In this document: positions 23,920-37,640 of the stretch, piece by piece
Layout: the number at the start of each line of letters is the position of its first letter
How positions within the stretch are numbered: position 1 is the stretch's first letter
Source of the DNA: Camelus ferus
Taxonomy: Eukaryota
Reading direction: 5' to 3'
Assembly (NCBI RefSeq): GCF_009834535.1
Contig: NC_045698.1
Location: 12,464,001 to 12,528,000 of the forward strand
DNA: 64,000 nt
Made by a program: the position numbers and the translations under genes
Notes under the pieces: model-generated
The model's input: the letters and a program-made list of their open reading frames with translations, nothing else
Databases searched by the model: none
Told to the model about the DNA's origin: nothing

Positions 23920-24660
23920 GATATTGCCAGACATCGCCACGTGGCCCAATCCTGACTTACAGGCTCTAGTGCAAAGGGATGAGTGTATCTAGGAAAGACT
24001 TTTCTCCTCGCTAAAGGAGAGAGATGCTCTAGGAAGCTCCTGTCATTCTCGTCCCCTGCTCTGTCCCCCTCCCACACTTCCCCCCATCCTGTATCTTGTC
24101 ATGGGCAATACGAAGCTGGTGCCTTGGGAACCCTCTTGTGACAATGAGAGGATGACTTTAATAACTAAAGATGATAAGAACTAATGTTAATAGTGCCTAT
24201 TACACGCTACACCCTGGCCAGTCAGTTTATATACATTAACTAATTTAATGCTAGCAAGACCCCTGGGAGAGAGGTGTTATGTTACCTCCAATTTTTCAGA
24301 GGAGAGAACTGAAGCTCAGAGAAGTTCACTTGGCAAAAGTCCCACAACCAAGAAGCTACCAAAGCTGGGACTTGAACCCAGGGACACTGATGGCAGAGCT
24401 GTGCCCCCCACTGCCACACCATACTGCCTTTCTAGAACCAAGAGAACTGCTTACCCTTGGAACCATCCATTTCTAAACTTCTTCATATATGAGATAAATG
24501 CACATCCTTGGGTTTAAGCCACTTTATTTTTATTACTTTTTATTCTCTTTTACTGAAGTACAGTCGGTGTACAATGTTGTGTCAGTTTGTGGTGTACAAG
24601 GTTTAGGCCACTTTAGGTTGAATGTCCCCTGACTTGCAGCCTAAAGCGTCCTAACTGGTA
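23920..24660 (+). mobile_element. Old MLT1 (J/K-like) LTR pieces around a MIR (~24165-24430) and a tiny L1 insert
   Basis: MLT1-like end 'cttgcagcctaaagcgtcctaactggtac'; MIR core 'ttttcagaggagagaactgaagctcagaga'. Confidence 0.55.
24527..24599 (-). mobile_element. Extremely 5'-truncated L1 (~73 bp) with 16-bp TSD
   Basis: T-rich tail then 'actgaagtacagtcggtgtacaatgttgtgtcagtttgtggtgtaca'; flanked by ggtttaagccacttta (24511-24526) and ggtttaggccacttta (24600-24615). Confidence 0.85.
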
Positions 24661-26894
24661 CTGTATCTTTGAGTGGCTCTTCATCTGGAGTTCCCAACCA
24701 TGCTCGTCCACTGAGTCATACCTCCACCAAGGGCCGATTCACAGCGGACGTGGATCAGGTAACCACCCCGAACTGAGAGAGGAAGAACCCACCTGAGGCT
24801 TGGGAGCGCCAATGTTGAAATATCTAGATAGAGACACTCACAGGGAGATTCCACTCATGCCTGACCCTGGGCTGATGTCACAGCAAAGCTCAGCTTCTCA
24901 GCACCCGCCGCTATCTCTGATTCTGATAAATGAAGTTTGTCCAAAAGTGACGTGAAGAGAAACTCAGAGAGATAGGGAGACTTGAAACCTCCCCCAAAAG
25001 GGCTGCAGTGTTTATTCTTAAAGTCTGTTCAGTATGCTGTCATAGTGGAGTCAACGTCTGGGTTTCCGTCTCCCAAGCCCTCTTTAGTGACTAAGAACCC
25101 AGGCTGACAAAGTTGCATTTCACTAGTGAGTGGGCTGTTTGTCTCTCCAGGATGATGAAAATTTGGAAACGTATACATGTTCAATCCATTCAATCAGAGG
25201 TCAACATGGACTTAAAGGGAGATTCTTGTCCACGGCAGCGTGTGACACATTGAGCTGGGACGGAGCAAGTTCCCATTCGCAGGTGTCACAGGAAATCCCC
25301 TTGTGTCCCCAGAGCCGTCCTCCTTCCCTCCCTGCTGCTGGGTAGCCCTGCCTTCTCCCCCGGCCCTTCTCCCCACTCCCACCCCCACCCTGGTTTTTCT
25401 TTTTTAATACATCCCAGGATTAAGCAGAACCAGGGCTGCAGTGGCAGATGCATCAAGGAGCTGCGAGGAGGGAAGAGAAAATCTAAGTGGCCGAGAGTCC
25501 CTGGTCCCTCCCTCACCTCTGTTCATTTGTCCCTTTGCTCATTCAGCAGAGACTTGTCAAGCACCTACTACGAAAAGCACCAGAGAGACAATGGTGGAAA
25601 AACTCTTCTTGGAAATAAAAAAAAGAAACTGCTGTAGGATCCTGCTAGTGGGTTTTATTTCTTAATCTTATGTCAGTATTTGTTGGGTCCAAAGACCCAA
25701 AATAATCTTTATATCAAATCTCGGAGATAAATAGGTGAGGTTTTATTGTCCCATTTCACAAAGATGGAGGTCAAGTGACTTTCTCACGGGATGTGGGTAA
25801 GTGGCAGATGCAAGTCCCTTGAATCCACGTCTTCCAACTCCTTTATTTTCTTTCAAGACACCTCACACTGGGACTGGCTGGGGCAGGGCCAGTCATGCAG
25901 GCGTCCACTGCTCTGAAGCAGACCCTCAGAAGTTCTCTCACCGTCAGCCCCTCGTAGGGAAAGGAGGGGCCACCAGCAGCCTGTGTGATCCCACTGGTTA
26001 ATCTTTGAAGTAAAAAAATCTGGAGATCAAAAGAAGTATGTTGTTGAACCCAGTTCTTTGTCCTTGATCTGCTGGAAACCTTAATTTAATTAGCAATGTA
26101 AACTGGGTCAAGACTTCACTTTCCCAGCTGGCTTTAACGCATATCATTTCTTTTATTTCTGAGTGACTTGGAACAAATTAGGGGGAAAAATCTGAACTAT
26201 CTCATGTAAGACACGAACTATGCTGTACTTTGAGCTCATTATATCTTCCCGTAGTACTGACTGAGATTTGCATAATTTTCATGCTACTATGAGTAATAAG
26301 AATGGGAAATAATTTGGACTAAATTATCTAGTTTTGTTCCAGAAAGGCAAACTTCCCAGATTCCTTGATATTTGAAATCATAGCCTTTTAGGAAGGAGGG
26401 TACTGGGATTATGTTTCAAGAATCCAATCCTTACAGAAACCTGTGATATAGGTATTCCTCTCTCTAGTTTACAGAAGAAATCAAGTGACATTCCCGCGGA
26501 TACACAGCTTGGATGTGCGGAGCTATGGCTGGATGCGGGCAGATGCGGAGCTCTGGTCCCTGTTCACAGCTCGCTGTGCATTTAGAGCTGCCTTTAGATC
26601 TTCAGAAATCATCTGGTTCACTTCCTCCCCTTACAGCAAAGCAGAAGAAATTAGGTCCTGAAACTTAAATCCCTGACAGGGTGCAAACCAAACCCAGGCC
26701 ACTAACTCTCTGGAGGGTGGTCTTTCCTTTAGCACCTCTGCTGATGGACAGGAAAGCCACAAGTTGTCCCAAGTGGATACAGCCCTCTCTGGAGTCCACG
26801 AGGAAACTTCCATTCCAGGATGTCTGATGACGAGGAGCCTGCCAGAGTATTCACGGCCAAGAGAATGAGTCTTCTTATTTCTATTTGTGTAGCG

Positions 26895-26902
26895 TGTGCG
26901 TG

Positions 26903-26941
<39 letters not shown>
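26895..26941. repeat. (TG)n microsatellite
   Basis: Directly visible. Confidence 0.95.
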
Positions 26942-26943
<2 letters not shown>

Positions 26944-27347
26944 GCTCTGCATTCCACCCTCCTCCGTGGGACCGCATTCCTTTTGGAGACATATCTGCCT
27001 TAAGCATTTTATTCCAGGGAGGAATACACATGGAAGTGGAGATGCCTCTGGCCAAGACTTCAGACCCTGGTCTATTTCATGCCAAACCTGTTTGCTGCTA
27101 CGTAGACATGGTCAGTATCTGAGGGCAGGCATGTGGGTTCACTGAATCCCACAATGGGAGCTTTCCAGTGACTCTGGAAATAATCAGCGTGGCTAGATCC
27201 TGAGCTAGAATGGGTACCTACTGCTCATAGTTTTCCTTCTCACTTTTACCTGCTAACAGAAAACAGAAGCGTGACCGTGTGACGGCTAGTACTGATGATA
27301 TAAATTCTCTTTTTAAAAATAAGGCCACGCTCTTTAAAAAGTCAGAA

Positions 27348-27510
27348 AGATGGAAATGTTGACCATCTTGACTGTGGTGGTGATTTCCTCAGTGTACATA
27401 TGTATCTATCAAAATTCATCAAATTGTACATCTGAAATATGTGTAGTTTACTATACAGGAATCATACTGTGTAATAAAATAAATCATACAAAAAAGGTGT
27501 TTAAAAAAAG
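27348..27510 (+). mobile_element. Old L1M 3' terminal fragment
   Basis: 'gatggaaatgttgaccatcttgactgtggtggtgatttc...tcaaaattcatcaaattgtacatctgaaatatgtgtagttta'. Confidence 0.75.
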
Positions 27511-29479
27511 ACAGAAAGAAGGAAGTCACAAGCTACCTTTGAACAGCTCTCAATAAGCAGATCGATGTCTCATCCCTACTCAAGACTAGGCTGACTCCCT
27601 CCATTGACTCACCCTAAAATGACCTCCTGTGGACTTTTTCAACAGTCTGAAATGTAAACTTGCATGACTTGGCTGGAGTTTTCAGAAATCAAAGGTTATT
27701 TGCACCCCCACTCCTTCCTACTCCTGCCCCAATCCTGCCACTACCAGCATTTCTTTAGCTGGGAAAGTTTTAAAGCTTCTTACTGGAATTTGCTGCGTGT
27801 GGTTAAAATCCCTAAGAAGTGAAATGTGAGCTTGGCATCAAGAATCAGTTTTATTTTAGAGTCATATTCAGAATAGTAAGTGACATGAGATAAATTCCTT
27901 TTTAAGGAGGCTCCTAAATCTTCTAACCTAACGATTTCCCTGAAATCTGCATGAAATTCACAATCTAGGAAGAGTTTGCAAAAAAAGATTGTATGTAATT
28001 TGTGCTGAGAATTATTTCAATCTGGGTTCCAGTGTGAGAGGAGATGTGGGAGTGCACTACAAACTGTGTGCAATATTTTGATGCATTTTTGTTTCTCTTT
28101 CTTCCTGGTTTGTTTTTTGGTTTTTTTGTTTTGTTTTGTTTTGGGAACATTGTCTACTGAACATAGTGGCCAAAATGAGCTGAAGATTGTTGAAGTTGAG
28201 GGATGGATATATAGGGCGTCATCATTATTTCCTCCACGCTGTTGTGCACATTTAAAACGTTCCTTACTTAAGGAAAAAAAAAAAAGGAAAAAGAGAAAGA
28301 AAACGGGGGCCAAGAGAAATGATCATGGTCCTAGTATTGGGCTGTTCTCAGCTTGTGAGAGCCTTCAAGGAGAGCTGAACAGAAGCACAGACTCCATTTA
28401 GTTCTAACCCATTTTTTAAGGAGACTTAAAAAAAAGTTTCCCTGGAACTTGAAAAATACACTCAAAAGTGATTTCAACATGATCCAGCCCTGGGAGGGGT
28501 CAGAGATGGCAGGAGTACAAGACGGTCGAGAAAGCCTATGACGTACAGTCAGTGGCTTGCTGAGACGGTTTCCAAATAGAAACATGCCTGGAAGATTAGG
28601 AAGATGGACTAAATCCAGTGAGGCCGAGATTAGTCATATGACCGCTACATCTCGGGCTCTACTTGGGGGCGAGAAGAGAGGGCTTCAGTTTTAGGGTCTT
28701 AATTATCATAATTACTACAGGGCTTGCTTATTATTTTTTTTTTTTGCATCACTCCTGCTCCCACCCCTTCCAGATGAGTGGAAGGTACAGCCACACTTTA
28801 CGACAAATTGTTCTCTATTTCATATTTTCCAGTGGAAAAAGGAATATATATTAGGCAGATTATTTTACCTTTCCCTCTATCAGGGTAAGCTTCCTAGAGC
28901 AGCTAATTCTCCTCCTGTGGGACTGGCAGCTCCCAGCCATCAGCTGGTGAAGCGGAGTCCTTCCTCCTCCTGGACACTGGCAAGACCCATTCTGCCTGCC
29001 AGTCTGTTATCTCCAGGGATCACCCAAGTGCTGGCCCCTCTGGTAATCTGTCTCCTTTGCTCCCTGCTGCTCTGTGGGTCTTTCCCGTGGACTTCTGGCT
29101 CCTCTTCGGCTCCTGTGCCAACTCTTCCCATTGTGCTGCTGGGTTCCTTGTTACAAGGTGGATAATTTCTCCTGCATCCTCAGAGTCGTCAAAGGATGCT
29201 AACCTTAACTGAAATCTGGCTTTATTCCACTTTTCCACATTCCATCATCTCAGCTGGGGATCCAGTGTTACGCCAATGCCCCCGATCACTTGCAATCCAT
29301 TACTCTTCCTGCTTTTTTGGAAAATATCCCCCGTCTCTTGAGTCCTTGACATTGTGTGACCCTTCTCCCTTTCCTCCTTGCTGTCTCCTTTGGGATCTCC
29401 TGGTGACTGCTCCCACCCATCTCCCAAATTCAATGAAGATGTGACTGAGTGTGTGTGTGTACCTATATAGTGTCAAGAC

Positions 29480-29680
29480 CCTAGGTGTAACATCTGCTGA
29501 CTTGGACTCTAATTTCCACTTTTGTATGACTTTGGCCAAGTGACTGAATGTGTTGAGCTCTTCTATAAAATGCAGATAACAGTACCTCCCATAGTACAGG
29601 TTGTCCTGAAGGTGAAATGAAATTTACGCAAAGTGATGGGCACATTTCTGGCATACCTCAATGCTCTTGTGAACTATTCT
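29480..29680 (+). mobile_element. MIR SINE
   Basis: 'tgactttggccaagtgactgaa...ctataaaatgcagataacagtacctccc...ggttgtcctgaaggtgaaatga'. Confidence 0.7.
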
Positions 29681-30898
29681 CCTATTGGCTGCTGCTTGCT
29701 TTCCCAAATCCCACCATCACCTGGGGAAGCGTCAGCGTTCTTTGCAACTACACAAGCCTTCCCCGCCAGGCCGTCTTTAACTCAGGGCAGGCGTCTCTGC
29801 CACATGCCTATCCCACTTTCTAACGACAATGCCCTGTCCTCTTCACTGCCAGAGCCACTGCCTTCTTCCCCATCACGTCCTTGTCTTTTTGTGTCACTAG
29901 CTTGAACCCTTCAGCCTTGGTCAGATGGTTACTTTCCCTGCAACCTACGCAGGCTGTGATGTGGATGTGATTCATCTTGTATGAATGTTCTTTGTTCTAT
30001 GGTTGTATTTGCATAATTCCTCCATTATAAGAATCATCTTGGAGCTAAACCACTCTACATGAAGACGCTCACCCTCTCCTCTGGAGATGAGGCCTCAGGC
30101 CAGGAATGGCCTTGACCCCAGGGGATGAGTCGTCTAGGACACTGGCCTGGCAGGAAGGAGCGAGGGCACTTTTCACATGAGAATGACTCAGCAGCTGAGA
30201 CACAAGGAGGAGGAGGAGGTGAGCCCCATCTGAAGTCAGTGGATGAGCCCAGGTGAGGGAAGGGACAGGACCTCTGAGCCCTGGGACAAACCCGGCTGTG
30301 TTTCTGTGCTTCCATGACTGTCTTTGACTTCTCTTGAATTTTTCTTTGGTACTTTTGGAAATTCCAGTCTGTCTCAGCCCTGTGGATTCACGGCAAGGAT
30401 AAGGGTTCTGTGCTAGTGTGGGCCAGACCCGTAAGATGCCACTCCTCTTTGGGAGGCAGAATGGGGTGGCAGAGGAACTCAGGCTGAGGGCTTACTAAGG
30501 CATCCTGAAGCACCTTGGCTCCCAGAGCCAGCAAGCCAATGACCTTCCTGTCCCAGGGACGTGTGGAGCCAGGAAAGATGGGGAGAAGGTTTAGCTCCTC
30601 CTGTGCTTGTTCCTTCCCATTATTTCGGGAAGTGGAGTGGCCCCCTTCTCAGGATGGAACAGGGAGGAAGGGAGAAGAAACTGCTGGTGGATACTGGGAA
30701 ATTAGAACATGACAATTTACTTGTACCTTATGGCTTGAGGTTTTATGAATTCCCACAGCATCGGACATTTCTATCCAAAATACAGAAAATGTACCCAAAA
30801 GACAACTCTTGAGTGATTTTGGAGGCTTTATCCACTCTCCTCTTATAGGTGGATAATGAAGAATAAAAAAATGACTGTACTATATGGGAAAGAGACTG

Positions 30899-31226
30899 CA
30901 GTAGCCTCCCCTCGCCCCTCATCCACAGGGATATGTTCCAAGACCCCCAGGAGATGCCTGAAACCGCAGATGGCAACACACACTGTGTATACACTGTTTT
31001 TTCCTCTCTAACGGGCAGCTACCCTGGACAACGGGATGATTCATATCCCTTGCAGGACCGAGTGGGACAGCGTGAGATTTCATCATGCTGCTCAGAATCG
31101 TGCACAATTTAAGATTTATGAATTGCTTATTCCTGGAATTTTCCTTTTGGTATTTTTGGACTTCAGTTGACCATGAGTAACTGAAACCATGGAAAGTGAA
31201 ACCTTGGATTAGGGGAAACTACCGTA
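30899..31226. mobile_element. MER44-like (TcMar-Tigger) DNA transposon
   Basis: Termini 'cagtagcctcccct..tcatccacaggg' and 'gtaactgaaaccatggaaagtgaaaccttggattaggggaaactaccgta' form degenerate terminal inverted repeats. Confidence 0.8.
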
Positions 31227-31736
31227 TACAGGGAGTTGGGAGATCCGTCTCTCAAACCCTGTTCATTCACTGAAACGTTATGTGATTTAGGCCCCAATGC
31301 TTAACTTGGCTCTATGTTTCCAGAGCTTTAAAATAACTGCTCATTAAAAAGAAAAACCCTCCTCCTTTAAGATGTCATGAAGAATAAGGGGACATTTATG
31401 GCAAATACTTTGAGCAACTCAAAGGAGCAAAGTGCTTTAAAAATGCCATCTGGTCTGTGAAATCTTTAGGTATTTGAAGAGAACTATAAAATGCACCAGG
31501 AAAAAAAAAATAGACACATCCTTGGAAAGCACTGAGAGCGGTACATCTAAAGAGGAATAAAAATAATGCTTTATATTTAATTAAAAGGTGGAATACTGAG
31601 GTTGGGTAGACAGGGGGAAAAGAAGAGAAAGGGAGAAAGCACAGGAAAAATCCTCTAAATCCTTCTCCTTAGGTAGTTAACTCTTCCTCCATCGCCGTTC
31701 CCAGAACCCCATCTTACTGTTGCTGAGTTTGGTCAT

Positions 31737-32143
31737 AAGTAATCAGTTTCCCAGGGATGCAGTAACAAAGCGCCACCAACAAGGTGGCTGAAAACAACAG
31801 ACATTGATTTTCTCACCATGCTGGATGTGGGAATCTGGGACCCAGGTGTGGGCAGGGCTGGTTTCTTCCACAGGCTCTGAGGGAGGGTCCGGTCCATCCT
31901 TCTCTCCCAGCCACTGAGAGCTGTCAATGTCCTTGACTGTGGGTGTATCATCACCCCGCTTTGCGTCTTAGATCATGTAACATTCTCTCTGCGTGTCTCT
32001 GTGTGAAATCTGCTCTTCTCACAAGGACAACAGTCATACTAGTTTAGGGTGCACCCGAATGACTTCATGTTAATTTGATGACATTGGCAAGGAACTTCTT
32101 TCCAAATAAAGTCATATTCACATGTATTGGGAGGTTAGGATGT

Positions 32144-32209
<66 letters not shown>

Positions 32210-32243
32210 TTTTTGAGATGGGGGGATAATTCAACCTACAACA
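31737..32243 (-). mobile_element. MLT1 (C/D-like) solo LTR with (TA)n at ~32146-32200
   Basis: 'tcagtttcccagggatgcagtaacaaag..ccac', 'tttccaaataaagtcatattcaca', end 'aattcaacctacaaca'. Confidence 0.85.
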
Positions 32244-33180
32244 TTGACCAAGTTAAAAATAGATCTTTCCTTTGCCCAGGTGATCGAGGCACTGGTCGCT
32301 TCTGTGTGTGGGTAAGGCATCTTAGGGTGCCTCATGGGGCGGGCAGGAAGCCCAGGGTCCGAGCTGTAGCCCAGGAACCTGAACTGCGCTGTACGAGTCT
32401 GTGCAGTGTCTCTGCTGTAGCTTCTTTCCTGGGCTCCATCCTGCCCTCTCCCTGGCCTGAATGGTTCTTCAACTCTCAGTCCAAGGAAGTTATGTTTAGT
32501 TTAACAAATAAATCAAATGTTTTTTAAAAAAGGAGTTAGCTAAATGAAAGTCAAATGTTTTTCAAAAAATGGGTCAGAACACGTGTTCCTGGTCTCTTGC
32601 ATTCTATTTTCCTTGGATCCATTTGCTGCAGCCCCAAAGAAGCCATTCTTGACCTTCCATGGGTGGCAAAGGACCACGTCTCGGTCGACATTATGCCCTC
32701 GCCCAGCTGGAGTCAGCTGGTGATCTCAGATGCATTATGAAATTAAATGCCTTCTACTCCTGAATCTTATTTTAAGGCTTCTCCGAGTCCCCTAAATTTT
32801 CTTGTCGATGACTATCAGCAGGGGTGCTGGGGTTGGGGGAGAGGAGGGGGGAGGCAGGAGGATGTTTTCAGCAGAGCAGAGCACGTGCAGTGTGACAATT
32901 ACAAGACCCGCCTGTTACCTCTGCCCTGACCCTCTGGGTTCACATTCCCCTGAAGGGTCATGTACATTAACCTTAGCACAAGGCCAATTCTGGATGCCAA
33001 GAGTCAGCTACTTTGCAGCTTCTGCTGCCAGAAAAAAATTTTTTTTTCTTCAACAAAAATGTGAAAATGGTGGCCTCTCATTTTGTGAAGATAATTCACT
33101 TTTGACAGTATTAACGCAATGGCTCTGGTTGGTCCAAGTTGATGAGAGCTTTGGAGTTCATTCCTGTCTGCTTTGACTGC

Positions 33181-33196
33181 ACTGCCTCCTAGTGGC
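33181..33196 (-). promoter_or_regulatory. Candidate CTCF site
   Basis: Reverse complement GCCACTAGGAGGCAGT. Confidence 0.55.
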
Positions 33197-35549
33197 TACT
33201 TTTATAACCAGGTTCTCACGGTTGACCACTAGGAATGCATTTTGAACAAACTTGTTTTTTCTAAAGTGGGTCTATGTTTTGTTTCTTTTTTCTTTTCTTA
33301 CTAAAGTTCACTTCAATACATGACCAGATTGTGGATATGTGTAATCCTCTAATTGTTCACATGAAATTCTCTACAAGTCCCCTCTTCCTAGTTCAGGAAA
33401 GAGGGCAGAGGTGTAAGGAAACAGGCACCGAAGGAAATGACCATAAGGTCTTCTGACCTGTGGCTGGTACATGATATATGGATCTAGAGAAGTAAAATGC
33501 TGAAAAAAACGGCTATAGTGGGGCTTTAAAACTGAGATTATCATGGCTAAACAATTTTAAAAGCAGGATAAAGATATGAATCCGTTTAGCCAGAGTCTAA
33601 CCTCTGTTTTTGCCAGAGGGCTTGTGACAAAGTGCATGGCGAGGAAACAGCAGGTCCCCAGATAAAGGTGACTTTCTTGCTGCTTTGCATAAAGATATTC
33701 TGCCTGTGATTTTGTCCCCATTTACTCAGCTAAGACTCGGATCTCCGGCTGCCCTGTGTGCTCCCTCTCCTTCTGGTCCATAATTGGGGTGGAGGTGAAG
33801 GCGCTGGCTTCACTTCCTTGATCTGTAGCTTCCAGGAGACAGCCTGGCAGTGAAATCAAAGGATTCAAGTAAGGATTGTCTCATACAGGAAACAGATTTG
33901 GGGAGTTCTCAAGGCTTGTGTAAGTAATTGTAAAGGTATCACAGAGATGCCCAGACGTTGAGATTTTATAAACAAGCCAAATAGGAAAGAAAGTTGTAAA
34001 TGGGAGATTAAAAAAGATGGCTAATTAAAAAAATCATTCCCCAGCCAAAGTCATTAAAAGTGAGAATTAAACAGCTACTATCAACATTAGTTTATAAAAG
34101 AAATGACAGCTTAATTTAATACAAAAGATAAGACTTTATAGATTATAGAAGGAGGTTTCTTCCAGGGGAAGATGTGTTTTTTGTGTTACATCTGTGTGTA
34201 TGTGTATTACATATTTCAGGGCAGCATGGTTACTAACGCTCTGTCAGACTGTCATTAAAATCAGAAAACTTAAATGCTGGTGCTGGTCATACCTTTTCTT
34301 TAGGTTTTCTCATTCTTGAAATATACTGTTTGTTTAAAGCATGCATACAAGTTTATGTATTGAAATATATTTGTAAAAATCCAAGATGTTTCCAATTTGT
34401 AATATTTCCTTGGAATACTCATACTTAGGTCTCTTGAAATGAATTGAGTCTCTTAGTTCTCCATGTGAAGCAAAAGAAACAAAAAAAAGGTTATCTGTAA
34501 TGTTGTGATTTGTACATAAGTTTTTTAAGGAGGGCATTTGCATTATAAATTTTTTCATTTATAAATACATAAGGGAAGCAAAGGTTTGTGTCCTGTCCTT
34601 CACTGGTTTGCTCTTAAAAAGACTAATAAATGTGTGTCTGTGGACTGGCTTTTGGGGATGGGGTGGGAACTTTGCCCCGAATTCTGAGACTCTCTGGCAT
34701 GATTTGGAGAACACCTCCACTATGCGATTTCTTTGAAATTAGGATTCAGGACCCATTTTCAGGGCCAAAGCATCCCTGAACATGGCACTCTTACCTGTGG
34801 GAATGCACACTCTCAAAAAGGAAATTCACAGATTTACATCAGCTTAGAGCCAAATGGACCTAAAATCACATAGCTTAATTTCCCCATATTACAAAGTCAC
34901 TAATTCACCTAAAAGAGGCTAAAGACAAGCAGAAATTCACCAAAATGCTCTCTGGAGAGGCGGGCCCTACCCCATACGCACCACCCCGCCTGACACTGCA
35001 GCCTTGAACACCGCCCACCTCCAGATGGTGGGTGCCTGGGCTGGGGTCTTCTGACACTTACTCTCATCCCTCACCCCCACCCCCTGAGGTATATATCCTT
35101 TACCTACTAGTACCTGTGAGCTGAAGAAAAGCCAACATCAGAGGCCCTTCTTGGCAGCCTTTGCTTGCTGGGCTTGGATCTGTTATTTTATATTCCAAGC
35201 TTTCTCTTATCCATGCTTAATCTTCTTGTTCTTTCTTTAAAGCCATCATTTTACAAATATCCAATTGTTATTTTTTTTTTCAAACTTAGTTTTCCTTTCC
35301 CATGTATTGTTCCGGATGGTCTACAGTATCCTAGCGTCCAGTGGCCAGTGAACACCTGCACCATTGATGCGTTTTCCTATTCTGTGCAATTTTCAGAATC
35401 TGGGCACTGTGTACTCTTACATTTTTGTTGGCTGTGTATCTTCCTGTTCGCCTTGTCTTATGTTCCCAAGCTTTGAATTAGTTGTGTATTGCAACTATTT
35501 AACTCAATTTGTTGGTTTTGATGATATCTCAGTTAAGTAATTCCCGCTT

Positions 35550-35982
35550 CCTACCCTCCCCAAAAGAAATGTGCACGTCCTAATCCCTGGGACATATGAA
35601 CGCTACTTTTTTTTTTTGGAAAAGTGGACTTTGCAGATCTAATTAGGTTAAGGGTCTTCCAATGGGAAGACCGTCTTGGATTATCTCACTGGGTTCTAAA
35701 TCCAATGACAAGAGTCCTTGTAAAAGACACACAAGGGAGAGACACACGGAGAAGGTGATGTGAAGATGAAGGCAGAGACTGGAGGGTTACTGCCACACGC
35801 CGGGGAATGCAGGCAGCTCCCAGAGGCTGGAAGAGACAAGGAAAGGATTCTCCTCTAGAGCCTTCATGGGGCTCTGCCAACACCTTGATTTTGCACTTCT
35901 GGCCTCCAGGACTGGGAGAGAATGCCCTTCTGTTGTTTTAAGCCACCAAGTTTGTGGTTAAAGTAGTTACAGAAACGAATAT
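35550..35982 (+). mobile_element. MLT1 (C/D-like) solo LTR
   Basis: 'gtcctaatccctggga', 'ctttgcagat.taattaggttaagg', 'ggattctcctctagagcct', 'ttctgttgttttaagccaccaagtttgtggt'. Confidence 0.88.
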
Positions 35983-36344
35983 AGTCCCCAATATTCTAAG
36001 CCTATGTTTGACACACTTCCTGTACAGTGCTAGTCATTCACTATTTCCACATTTAATGTAAATTTTCAACTGTCAGTGTTTTGCTATACCTTTTAGGTCA
36101 TTGATCTCAGTCATTTGTGTATTCTAATCATACTTTGTATGTGTCAATTTATGAACTGTGTCTAGAATTGCAGGCTTCAGCTTCTCTCTCCCAGTCAACA
36201 GAAAATAAATTAGTTTATTTTCGAATCCATAAGTTTTGGAGCAAAAGCCTGGAACACTTATATGGAGTTGAATGGTTTGGCATCCTAAAAGGAAATATGC
36301 ATCATGTAAACGTATTTGTGAGTAGTTACCCTGATTACACTCTT

Positions 36345-36590
36345 ATAGCAGTTGGAGTGTGGTTTGGAGCTTGACTTCTTGGGCTGGAACCCAGCTTTCC
36401 CAAGCAATGGTGGGCAAGTTGTTAATCTTTTCTGGGCCTTGGTTTCCTCATCTGTGAAATGGGTATGACCACGGGTATAAAATGGGTACCAACTGGATTT
36501 TGGTGAGGATTAAATGAGGAAAATATGGGTAAAGTTCTTAGAACCCTGCCAGGGGCATGCTGAGAACCACAGGACTCTTAACTATTATTC
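36345..36590 (+). mobile_element. MIR SINE
   Basis: 'tgggcaagttgttaatcttttctgggccttggtttcctcatctgtgaaatggg'. Confidence 0.85.
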
Positions 36591-36744
36591 ATGCATTTAC
36601 AACTTAAACTTCCAATTCGTTGAGAGCACGTCAAAAATGGGAAAAGACTGAGTTCTCAGAACCTTAAATTATTCCTTTGGGCTAAGAGCATCAAGAAAGT
36701 ACTCCTAGGTCTATAACTCTGTGTGACCCCAAAAATAAAGATCT

Positions 36745-36926
36745 TCTTTTTAACTTTTCTTTCTTTCTTTTTTTAAGTGTTTTTTTTGGGGGGGGGGAGG
36801 TAATTAGGTTTGTTTGTTTGTTTGTTTGTTTATTTATTTATTTTTTGATGGAGGTAACTGGGGATTGAAACTGGGACCTTGTGCATGCCAAGCACACACT
36901 CTACCACTAAGCTATACCCTACCCCC
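36745..36926 (-). mobile_element. tRNA-derived SINE (Vic-1-like)
   Basis: 'gggaggtaattaggttt..tttattt..atggaggtaactggggattgaaactgggacc..ctctaccactaagctataccct', reverse of the 6871 element. Confidence 0.85.
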
Positions 36927-37129
36927 AACCCTGAAAATAAGATTTTAAGCAGAATATACTTGTCTAGGGACAAACAAGGAATGATATAGTCATAAAACTC
37001 AGTATTATTGTGCTAAATGCTCAGTAGCTGTATTCGCCAGACAGTGTAATGACAAATGCCCTCCCTTGTTGAACCAGCCAGCCTGTTTCTTTTTTTTTAA
37101 TTATTTTTTAAAAAATTTTTTAATTTTTT

Positions 37130-37640
37130 AAATTAAGCTTTTTATTTTGAGAAAATTGTAGGCTTACATGCAGCTGTAAGAAAAATACAAAGAAATCCCA
37201 TGTACCCTTTACCCAGTTTCCCCCAATGGTAACTTCTTACAAAACCATAGCACAATAATGCAACCAGAATGTCGACACTGAGACAGTCAAGATGCAGAAC
37301 GTCTCCATCACCTCAGGGTCCCTCAGGTGGCCCTTCTGTGGTCACGCCCACTTCCTGCCATCTCCCCACCCCTTCCTGGACCCCTGACAAACACTAATAT
37401 GTTCTCTATTTTCATAATTTTTAAATTCAAGGAATGATATATAAATGGACTCGTGCCATATACAGCCTTTGAGGATGGGCTTTTTTCACTCAGTGCAATC
37501 AGAGAATCATCTACGGTGTTCATGTATCAGTAATTGTCCTTTTTATCGCTCAGCAGTACTCCAGGGCATGGACGTGCCATATCGTGTTCCATCATTCACC
37601 CACTGAAGGAGGTCTGGGTGGCTTCCAGCTGTCTGTGAGC
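37130..37640 (-). mobile_element. L1MB-like 3' end fragment
   Basis: 'gaaatcccatgtacccttttacccagtttcccccaatggtaac', 'ccatcattcacccactgaagga'. Confidence 0.85.
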
